Part shown: in pieces, positions 11,301 to 20,285 of the stretch
Layout of the letters: each line of letters begins with the position of its first letter
Numbering within the stretch: position 1 is the stretch's first letter
Source of the DNA: Trichinella spiralis
Taxonomy: Eukaryota
Assembly: GCF_000181795.1 (NCBI RefSeq)
Contig: NW_003526945.1
Span: 822,529-844,439 of the forward strand
Length of the DNA: 21,911 nt
Reading direction: 5' to 3'
The notes under the pieces: generated by a model
The model's input: the letters and a program-made list of their open reading frames with translations, nothing else
Database searches by the model: none
What the model was told of the DNA's origin: nothing
Translations under genes and position numbers: made by a program

Positions 11301-12038
11301 TAGGGAGCAGAGAACCACGTCGGACGTTTCGTTCGAATAGAACGCCGACAAATCGACCACCGACGACGAACCGAACTGACCGCCACCGTCGGTGTCGTTA
11401 CTGCCGCCGACCCCGTGAAACAGGCCGACCAATATGCGGCGCAGACGGGAACTGTGCCGCAGCACGTCTTGGGTCGGAGGGCCGTCGGCTCCGTACCGAC
11501 ACAGAGTGACCAGCAAAATTGAACCGTCCACGTCGGCAATGCCGAACAGCGCTTCTTTTTCCGCGTTCAGCATGCAAGTGGCCAGATGCGGGGTGCCCAT
11601 GGCGTTGTAGACGTACCAATTCGAAGGATGGTTGACGAATTGTTCGCCGATCGAAGCGAAAACCGAACAGCCAAAGTCGAACTCGTTCGGCGCTGTCAAG
11701 CCGACCCGGTGCACGCAGCTCGTCGTCGCCACCAGTACAAGCACTTTCGAATCGGCTTCGACGATCAACGTGCCCGGCAGGATGATTTCGTTTTTGAAGC
11801 GAAAACACACCGACGCAGACTTCAAATTCACCCCAAAACTGCGCTCTTCGAGATACAGGTCGGCGCCGATCGCTCGCCAAATTATGAACCGATTCCCCAA
11901 CGCGGGATCGTCGTAGACGAAGCAGCCGCTCGACGGATTCACTTTGATCTCGCTAATTGTATTCAACGTGGAAATTTTCGAAATTTCCACAACCGGTGCG
12001 TCCGAGCGTATCGCTTCGATACTGCTGAACAACGACAT
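8394..12038 (-). CDS. NUP160: Nuclear pore complex protein Nup160 (Y-complex), single coding exon (~1214 aa)
   Basis: Uninterrupted ORF with first ATG at 12038 (the ORF-track start at 12053 is a GTG overlapping a splice acceptor). N-terminal propeller motifs NRFIIWR...LYLEERSFGVNL...ILPG...SCVHRV and LCSLSYDCQLRLWS are present, as is the C-terminal helical motif YYDMLFGHLTFKMKYRTAAHCMYEKAKRLE typical of Nup160. Confidence 0.92.
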   Translation of the reverse strand: MSLFSSIEAIRSDAPVVEISKISTLNTISEIKVNPSSGCFVYDDPALGNRFIIWRAIGADLYLEERSFGVNLKSASVCFRFKNEIILPGTLIVEADSKVLVLVATTSCVHRVGLTAPNEFDFGCSVFASIGEQFVNHPSNWYVYNAMGTPHLATCMLNAEKEALFGIADVDGSILLVTLCRYGADGPPTQDVLRHSSRLRRILVGLFHGVGGSNDTDGGGQFGSSSVVDLSAFYSNETSDVVLCSLSYDCQLRLWSCGRKSVIHSFDMRQCLRQFSVDDEPDWQCVCKWRLKCTEIERTWVVVFYLSIKGVDRFFVFVPSITTHQARLVRCIDFPGFDLEVVDFCVNDFRFVALYLQKQRLVLKWKEVCLQEYEHGPWVDCEDGDVYLSTGAVSASQLMGKIFHNPLLAYRSVERALKISCGDAYTPPGDFASLRSKLFDYLEDNGVAVRLGAGKWKESPTLESTLRTVWTSCVQYHNAAMKPIGLVYLRNCRMLAVVTTDRLLFQRDTAPLVLGFVPQFKYDDHRPAADCFSLIGRLVGAGDEQFFAAVEAAKTTPWQLVNDELSRVVQDAGANGLWQNFHRTMLMDEVALFEALQVLAGHLDPTVSPNGTPSKLTSFQLSSYGASVTAAYFASTVGDGALLCRQALFLMASWCYFRPESKLPSSNWTTIHSELVPKLSLLCQCYVLLKQIGSMTVGERCRSDWLLVADFLRKFTGPGRAGNLKIKTGDVDFHHFGKFVVDLYVHLLKMFWPSGGGGCLQLVDYLLENRMYADVRRLVERANRMPTSTAAVKALRIYYEAVACLRAKEPQQAYEKFLTAFIGLADNFHSVQGRLGFDKESFFTNTAALFDKAGFGEQAIQLCLDHLRLLETDSPTLWHMLCRLYCASDRYAEAVEAAVKIQHQPTLEDSLTNLVRRVVDRGLGSELCNCNFGPAEQTFVGLLEKMARANKPTDDTYYDMLFGHLTFKMKYRTAAHCMYEKAKRLEADPAATTLDAQSAALYLAATALNFARPQFRYLYFDKQSITLRQLRAEALLVECALQVANDNLHCKPTNPDRTFDQLLQKGHLDLAEKLCKAYELPMEKVASVVALYGAWDRLKQLVDRHDHKPELYNAACKSLLNRKRPVPAWLVDQYKETEPVGAMVLFLEYGELEAAVQCASKLLRDRAQELQPILPILELDNLYVILERTGNLNLLETLIGELERYSDTLLSQPQ

Positions 12039-12052
12039 ATCGACACTGTTCA

Positions 12053-12062
12053 CTGTGAAAAT
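12053..12062 (-). promoter_or_regulatory. Splice acceptor (TTTTCACAG) 14 nt upstream of the NUP160 ATG; candidate trans-splice site or 5'UTR intron end
   Basis: Minus strand reads attttcacag|tgaacagtgtcgatATG. Confidence 0.5.
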
Positions 12063-12706
12063 TGCGCAACCGTTACGGAAACCAAATCACACCGAAAACT
12101 ACAACCACTAACGACGGTCAAACAAAAATACAGTAATCGTCTTTGGAAATGCAGGTTCCATTTTCTACAGTAATTCTGAGAGAAAATTCCACTGCGAACA
12201 AAAATGTCGGCGATATTTGGGAGGAGAGAAATTTTTCTTTTTGCTTTTTTAATTTTCACATTTTAAAACTGCAAAAAACCAAACTCAAACCTACAAAAAA
12301 TTATCTAATCACAAAAGCGATCAATGACAATGCACAGTCTTCAAATGCTTTCGTCGTTTTCACGAAAAATGTGAACAGTGATATTTTTACGCTCGTAAAA
12401 CGAAGTGATAAATTTGTCTCACGAATTCGATTAATACAGGCAACCAGGTAATACTTGATCATCGAACGAACGACAGTATGATACAGGTATGTAGTTGGGT
12501 TGTGGGAATTTTCTTTTTTGCTGCTCACGGTGATTTTCGACTTCACGTTTTACAAACTACATACAGGTAATGCGCTTGGATACGCCAACGGTGCGTTGAT
12601 CACGTATGAATTGAGCTTTTTTATTTTTCTAACTTGTTACACTGTTGAGTGTAAAAATTTTAAACACAAAACAGTACGTACAATTTAAATTAAGTTAAAC
12701 ACTATG

Positions 12707-12725
12707 ATATATATATATATATATT
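12707..12725. repeat. (AT)n microsatellite
   Basis: Short perfect AT run between NUP160 and MIS12. Confidence 0.85.
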
Positions 12726-13145
12726 TTTTAAATGTTCACTATTATTATTTAATTGCATTTTAATGTATAACTTTCACAGTATATTTTCGGATCATAAAAA
12801 TTTTAATTTTCTATTTGTTCATGTAAATATTGTGACATTTTATGCAATATTTTTTATTGGTTAAATAATTAAATTGATCAGACAAAAATTAAGGCACTAT
12901 TACTAGTAAATTTCATTATTTCTGATGCGCTTGACGAGCAAAATTGATCCATTCATTCGTTTCCTGACTGCTGCTCGAAGCCACGACAAAATTAAACCGT
13001 TTGACCGAAAACTAAGGCTTATTCTATCTGTAAACAAACACAAGTCAACAATCAGTCGATGGAAAAAGATGGATATTTTATTTTACGAAAACGAAAAGCT
13101 CCTTCAGTCACGAACGAGTTCAGAAAGTGATTTGTAACAACATTA

Positions 13146-14049
13146 TCAGAGAGCATTTGGCAAAGATGTGGCATTCTTTTTAGTGTCCATTTCAATTGCA
13201 TCCAATTTTGTCGATATTTCGCACAGTTCTTCGATTAGACGAATTTCACAATCCAATTCCATGATGTAATGTAGCAGCTGAAAAAATCACAACTGTATAA
13301 ATTGGAGATGATGAAAAATGCAAATGCTCATTTTACCGCGCAAATTCTTCGTTCATATTGACGTGTCTGTTTTTGCAACATTTTATATTCTGATTGCGTG
13401 ACGTCACGATAACAGCCGTTCTGAACAGCGTGCTGTGGTAATGCAACGTGTGATGGAATGCGAAACACTTTATTAAATACTTCTTTCTGAAATTTCACAT
13501 TTATTGGCTGGCAAAATGTAGTTGTAAAACTGATCGATTTAAATAAACATATGATTGTAGAGTCTCGTCGCGCATTCATCGTCAGTGATGAGTAGGAAAT
13601 TAAAATTTCATTTATTACCTCCAAAACTTGGAATAACCTTTTCATTCGCAGTTCAACTCTAATAACAGCTTTTGTTACGATTCGGTCAATTTGAGGTTGC
13701 TTTCTTTTACTTTTTTCACACTAAACATAATAAAACATATTCAGTTAAGCTTAATAAAAAGATCTGAAAATTAGAAGTTAAAAATTAAAATTAACAAAGC
13801 TTTCCTCACCTCTGTCAAACCTTCATTTACTACTTCGGTGATACTACGTTCTAACTGTTGATGCACAAAATTGTAAACTAAACAACAATCGGAATAAAAA
13901 ATTTTTCAGCGGTAATTATAAATTGGGAAATATAACATACCAGAATCAACAAACGCATTTGGAGAATACGAAAACAGTTCCACTTCATATTCGTAGTCAG
14001 CAAAATGACATGACATGGCCAACTGCAATTTATTCACGGTAAGTGACAT
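13146..14049 (-). CDS. MIS12: Kinetochore protein Mis12 (175-186 aa, 5 exons)
   Basis: Exons 14049(or 14016)-13941, 13877-13810, 13720-13619, 13486-13337 and 13277-13146 splice in frame (GT-AG). Protein: ...DYEYEVELFSYSPNAFVDSVYNFVHQQL...LFQVLEKEVFNKVFRIPSHVALPQH... followed by a coiled-coil-like tail. This matches the Mis12 YE.(Q/E).F.(F/Y)(T/S)P motif and the F..LE......F.IP..V.LP motif. Confidence 0.8.
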
Positions 14050-15253
14050 TGCAGCAATTATTTAGCAACGGCAATAATTTTAAAAAATAAAATGGATTAA
14101 ATAATTTAATATTAAAAAACTTTATTCAGCATTGGAAAAAGCGCAAGCCATTCATAGAACAATAGCCTGTAGCTACCATTGCAACAAAAAATTTGAACTC
14201 AATTGACCTATATTGTATTATAAATGTGTAATAATCAAGTTTAACAAAAAATTACAGTAAGAAACTGTAGCATGCTAAACGTGAAAACCACACAGCATAT
14301 GCCCACCGGAATTCAACTTGATGAACAGAAAGTCACGTCAAACGATAGTGCTGTTGAACTTAATCAAGATTAATCAAAACTTGGACTAGATCAAGCTTTC
14401 AAAGTATTCCAGGTTATGCATAATTTATTCTTGGCTGCACGAACAACTGCGAAGCTTGCACACCAGTAACGAACAACAAATAAAGTAGATGAAAAACTGA
14501 ACAAATAGCCCAAGTACACATATGACGAGGAAGAATTTATGCTGCATTATTTAGAAAATATGATAAACAATTCATATCGATACGATGAGAAAATGAGTAA
14601 TTATAAACGTTTCCACTTTTATGTTGAACATCACAATTTGCTGAAGTTGACGAACTGCTGAAAAAATCTCTCAAGAAAAAGTCATTGTTTAATTAATTAA
14701 CTTTGTTACAGTTCAAAAAAGAATACAGTCTTTATGTTTCCTTTTTTAGGGTAAAACTTTCCTGATATAAATTATAATATCATGACAAATGACTATCATG
14801 AGTGTAAAATGCATTTCAAAAATTTTTTTTTGAAATAAAAACTTGTTTTCTATTTGTACTTGAAGTTACAAAATATACAGTATTCCAAAATATTCGTCTC
14901 CTGTTGTACTGCAAATCATTTTGCAACAGTTCTTGTCCGTTGATGAGCATTGGTATTTTGTTCGGTTAAACAAATTACCAAATGTTTCTATTATTTTTTT
15001 AAATAACAGCAGTTTTTGTCATTTTATTTTTATCTAATTATTTTTTTCTTTTTGGCAATTTTAAACGTTTTTCTAACTTTCATAGTTTTCAAACGCGTTT
15101 CATGTACTTTGTTGTCGAGCGCTTCTGAATTTAATTCACTTGTCATTGTGTATGCAGCAGTGATGTTTCATTTAAAAATTTTACATCTGATGTTGTTTGT
15201 GAGATATTAATTTTTTTATTTGTTTAAAAATTGAAGTTTGTCATGGTCAAATA

Positions 15254-16831
15254 ATGGATTCAAGGACGAATTTTTCGACAGCATCCAAATTGTTGCATAA
15301 TCAGTTTGAAAAATTGAGCGAAGCTATGGCAAAGATTAAAATTTGTGAAGAAGAAATATCACGTCAAGTAAGTTATCATTTTTATTTATGTTGTATGTAA
15401 TTTATTGATTTTAATAATGTTGACTTGTTAAGTATTTTTACTTTTATCAAATGCAGTTGAATGTTCAGTGTTGAAATTGAAAGGTACTGAAATTAATGTA
15501 ATGCAATGCTGTGATGTTCATATTTGTACAGCTTACTTTAACGTTCTGAAAATGATGAATATAATGTAGTTATGTAATATAATAATAAAGAAATAGTAGT
15601 AGTAGTAGTATTTCTGTTGTTTTTATTCATTTGTCAAAAAAGAAATGTATTTTAAATAAATTAATGTTATTGTGTTTATTTATTTTTGTTTAATAATGCA
15701 GCTAACCTGAAGCTTTACAAATTAAACAGTTAATTTTTATATTTATTTGATAATAAAAGTTTTTTAGCGTAAATGGCTTCATAAAGCCAACGTTTCTTCT
15801 GAAGAAAAAATTGATTCCTATGGGAATGAATTGAAAGTTCATAATGAACAGATTACAAATTTGTTTCGTCTTTCCGATGATATTGGAATTATGTCTTCGA
15901 TGGTTGATAATTACAAATTAGCATTTTATTTGAGACGATGTAGTAAACATATCAGTGAATTGGAAAAAAACTTGATGCCTGGAGTGGATTGGTTGTCTTT
16001 GAAAACGAACGTTGTTCAGCCTGCGGCAGAATTAGTGGAAAAGCACAAGATGGAGTGTTTGCGAAAATTGAATGATGAATGGTTGCAATTTTTTCAGTTC
16101 AACTGCAGTAGTGAAAATGTTGAACTGAAAATCGGTGCTGGCCAGCAGAATTTTAACAAGGCAATTTTATCACTGAACGCGCTTGGATCATTGGACAATA
16201 TGCTGGTCAGTTTGTCAAGACAGGTGGATGAAAAATGTTTCAAATTCATTCGGGAAAATTGTTGTAATTTTAATTATTCTATTACGGAAGGTAACATATA
16301 TTGGAAACTGTCGCTGGTGACAGGTGACGATGAATCAACGGCATTTTTGCAAACCTCTCTCGATAATTTTATCGAAGCGTGGACTGTACTAGGTGAGCGA
16401 TTTTCAAGCATCAAACTGAGCTACAGTGACAATTTTTATGGAAAGTTTTTAAATCACATTGGTCATAATCTCGTCGAAATAGTTTTTTTTGGTTTACTGA
16501 ATCCTGCGATATTGATGTATGAAGCTTCATTGTTATCACCAATGTGTACCAGAATGCAGCAGTGTGATGTATTCTTTGAAAATTTGTTCCAAAATGGCTT
16601 GTCTGATGCTTGCATGATTAAGTATGAACTGTTGAAAACAAGTATTAAAAGCACGTATCTGAAACGAACTAGAGATAAGCACTTGGCTTCAGCTCGTTCT
16701 ATTCTTACTTGCAAGGAGGAATGGTCCAATCGGAGAGTGCTAATTGCAAATAATGAACAGCACTTGCTCGGCTTGGAATCCAGTGTCAATGACGAATACT
16801 TAAACGAATTTATTTTCAAGAATTGGAATCC

Positions 16832-16863
<32 letters not shown>

Positions 16864-18112
16864 TGTGGAGATTTCCAACAGTTTGCGTGAGGTATTCATT
16901 TTATTTTTTCAGATCTTTCTTACTTCACTCAGTTATTGAATTATGCATATTTGTTTGATTTGAAATTTAAGTAATGCGGCTTATTTACTGATGAAAATGA
17001 TCAGTGAAATATTACACGATTCTTCAACTAACGTTACTGATATTGAAAAAGACGAAATAATCCAATATAACATCGAGACCTGTCAGAAAATAATTTTCAT
17101 GTACAGATCTTTGAAATATTGGGATTGTGATGTTGACTTTTTCAATGATGAATCGGGTATAATTTTATTTTTTTCAATACTATTATTATTATTATACTTT
17201 ATTTGTTGAATTGTTGATTGAGTTTATTTTTTAGTGATGAATTATGTCGACACATTTTACGTGACACATTGCTTGTTGTTGAACAGTATGCAATTGCTGA
17301 ATGCGGGATGTCATGTGAGGTTTCCATTTTTTACTATTATGCAAGATTTACGCAAAGACGCGACTTTGCAATTTCGAGCTTATATGGAAAAATGCGCCAC
17401 AGCTGTGAAGGAGCGTTTGAACTCTTTGAAAAGTGAATTAGTCGATTTAAATAAATATTTATTCCATTCAATATTGAATTGGTTTAGAATTGGATGGTCT
17501 GTTGGTGGTCGATTGCATGAAAGAGTATCAAACGAACCTGAATGGTTTGCTTGTAAAATATGAACAGTGGAAATTTAAATGGCAACGAATATTGCCGGAA
17601 AAAGTATGGCAGGCAGAAATTGGGCAGTTGATCAATATTTCGTTGGAATTTTTTTGTGATATTATTTTGAAAAAGGAAGATATCACCAGCAATGAGGCAG
17701 ATCAATTGCAGATTCTCATTCTACCGTTCATATCAAAGTGTGGCGCTTTATTTGAAGTAAGCGGATGATATTTTGAACGTTGCGTCGAGCATTTCGTTTC
17801 ATTTTTAAATATATTAGCAATTTTATATATATACATCTGTGTGTGTGTGTGTGTGTATTTAATGTTTTTCTTATTTTTTCAATTTTTAAGATGAACCTTT
17901 CGGAGGAGTTATTGCCAGTCTGCAAGTCTTGGGAACGTTTGCAGGAAATTTTGCTCATTCTTGATTCGAATCTAAAAACAATTGAAACACGTTGGGCAAA
18001 TGGTTCAGGTTCCATGGCTGTACTTTTAACTGCCGAGGAGTTGCGAAATTTGATTCGGGCAAGTTTTCAAAATACAAAATTACGTGCTGAAGTATTATCG
18101 AAAATAAAATAA
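15254..18112 (+). CDS. ZW10: Centromere/kinetochore protein ZW10 (RZZ/NRZ subunit), 703 aa, 6 exons
   Basis: Exons 15254-15367, 15768-16891, 16972-17156, 17235-17432, 17488-17756 and 17891-18112 sum to 2112 nt in frame. Motifs: FPTVCVS...LM, WQRILPEKVWQAEIGQLIN, EDITSNEADQL and the C-terminal L..I..RWANGSGSMA..LTAEELRNLIRASFQNTKLRAEVLSKIK*, the classic ZW10 C-terminus. The first exon is less certain. Confidence 0.93.
16833..16862 (+). repeat. (TCA)10 coding microsatellite giving poly-Ser in ZW10
   Basis: Ten perfect TCA codons read directly. Confidence 0.95.
17837..17856. repeat. (TG)n microsatellite in the last ZW10 intron
   Basis: Perfect TG run read directly. Confidence 0.9.
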
Positions 18113-19266
18113 AATACACGACCACTAATCAGATTACACCTTCGTGATGAAAGTGTGCAACATGTTCTGAAAATTTGAAATGAAATAAAAAGAAACAATC
18201 ATCCAATCCAAGTATTTATTTATTTATTCAAAAACATGTGTATTTATGGCAAACGAACTCGCAAAAGGCAAAGTAACAAAAAAACGGAAAGCATATAGGA
18301 AAAAAGAAAAATCTGAATTCAAAGTTTCCCCCAAGAAGCCTGTTTGAATTAAATTTGCAGATAAGGTGCACATATTTATGAATTTGATCGCAACAAAAGA
18401 TATTTTTCTCAACTCAGCTAGTTGTAAATTTATTACAACCATAAAAGATAATGACAAGATCAACATACCAACAACTTTGACCATCGAAATCCGTGATGCA
18501 TTACTTGTTAGTCACATTTCATCTGAAAAGTGCAAACTGCTTAGCTGTAAAGAATTTTTAAAAACCATATACCAAAATACCTGCATCACCACAGATACAT
18601 ACGAATCATTTGGAGCAACGTCCACCAAACATATACAATGGACAGGGTCATTGTGTAATGAGAAGTGTTTACATGTTTGGCAAAGTTCCAATTAGATTTT
18701 CTCGTCAAACAGAGTGCATTAAGTAAATAAAGAGCAATGAAAAATCTACAGTAGCCATATTTATCAGCAGAAATGAATAAAATAAAAATTTGCATGCGAG
18801 ATCGTTGGCTTTGTTGACCTAATAGAAATCATTTCAGTTTGAGGCCGTCCGTGGATGGTAGCTCAGCGTTTTGATTGGAAAATTGATTGAAGACAAACAT
18901 TGAATCCAAACATCATTTTTGCTTTTTATTCATTATTACTTTGTGGAATAATTTCTGAAAAATAATTTTTTAATCAACATTCAAAGACAATGAACATTAA
19001 TGATGAAAAAATGGCGCATTTAGCAGTAAGTGGCAGCTTTTTCATTTTTAAGTCATAAACACTCAACAATACAATAGAGAATCGAAATTGATTAAACACA
19101 CCCTGTACGCATTGTTTGTTTATTATTAAAATACGATCTTGCGAAAATCACCTTTGCAGTAGCTAACATGCACTTTTAATTGACCACAAGCAAGCTTTTG
19201 CCTGCAAATTGTTCACTTAAAATTAGCTTCATTTCAGCTACTTGGTTTTCTGACTTAAGAAAATTT

Positions 19267-19965
19267 TTCAGAAATACGTAGGTGTGTTTTGTCTAAGTCA
19301 ATTTTGTTTTGTTATGGCGTTTTTTGTCAGATAGTTTATATTTTGACTGAAGTTTAAATGTCAAGGTCATTTTTGAATTTTCAAATAGTCCTTTCCTTAT
19401 TGGTAGTATTTAACGGTCCATTTCTTCTGTTCATATTGCAACGTGGCTTAGGTTAGACTTCATCTTCAGCCAAAAGTTCTAACGCACTAAAAACCGGTTT
19501 CTAGCGCTGCATTATGCAAATAACTATTGCTATAACGCGCCTTATCATCAGTAAGGGTGCGTTTGTTTGTTTAATTTACGTGCCAATTAGTAGCATTGTT
19601 GAACGTTCTCTGAGTTCATTATAGCGTTAAGTAGCTGTTGAAGTCGGTTTCAGAATTACTGACAAGTATTCTACTTTTCCGCTTTTTATTTTTTATAAAT
19701 TTTGTATACTCATTTTCTAAACAATTTTTAATTAGTTAGAATTTAATTATAATATTTGTTGTAATTCAACTTTGTGATAAAGTGAGGACAGTTTTGATTT
19801 AATATCATTATTGCAGGTTTAAAGAATGGAGCAAAGAAAAAGTGAAAACACGGACGGCACGAAGCAGAGCAATAGAAAACAGGAGGTAAATGGGATTTAT
19901 TGTAGATCTGTAAAGCAGGGCTAAGGATACTTCGAAAGGGTGAAGTTATTCTTTAGTTTAATGAA
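19267..19965 (+). repeat. Copy 1 of a diverged ~1 kb direct (tandem) duplication
   Basis: Collinear blocks shared with 20286-21305: gatagtttatatt.tgactgaa.tttaaatgtcaaggtcattt, aaaccggtttcta.cgct, atgcaaat, gcgttaagta, tgaagtcggttt, agtgaaaa, ggatacttcgaaaggg.gaagttat. Confidence 0.9.
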
Positions 19966-20285
19966 ATTACTTAAGTTTGTAGTATGTTATATGTAAGTAA
20001 AATATTTTTCACTGTAAAACTGTAATTTTTGTTTTTCATATTATGTTAAGATTAGGTAAGACTTCATTTTTAAAAAGATTGAAAGTTAATTAACTTATTA
20101 ATAAACTTTATTATCGCTTTATATTATTTTTTCAAATTTCGCAGCATCAGAGACATTTCGTAAATTACATTTTTTTTATTAACTTTGTTTGTCACCATGC
20201 GCAGCGAGTGTGCTTATATTATAGTGAAAAGATTTTGCGATGAGTTCCATTTATGTAGGTCATTTTTGAATTTTCAAATGTGAAA

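Noticed and set aside
8535..12173. Long plus-strand ORFs (287, 633 and 195 aa) antisense to NUP160, all in one frame
   Set aside because: They are exactly codon-in-register with NUP160. Stops in that frame need sense TTA/CTA/TCA codons, which are rare in a GC3-rich gene. This is a known shadow-ORF artefact, and the peptides have no recognisable motifs.
13560..13590. CTGACGA hammerhead-core-like motif in MIS12 intron 3 (minus strand); similar CTGATGA at 4043 and 4590
   Set aside because: No stem II closed by GAAA and no stems I/III.
18366..18695. 109-aa plus-strand ORF (GTG start in the track)
   Set aside because: No recognisable family. Splice and poly(A) signals here point to the minus strand.
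18850..18915. tRNA-like A box (TAGCTCAG) and TTGAATCC
   Set aside because: No cloverleaf, the B box lacks GTTC, and the spacing is too short.
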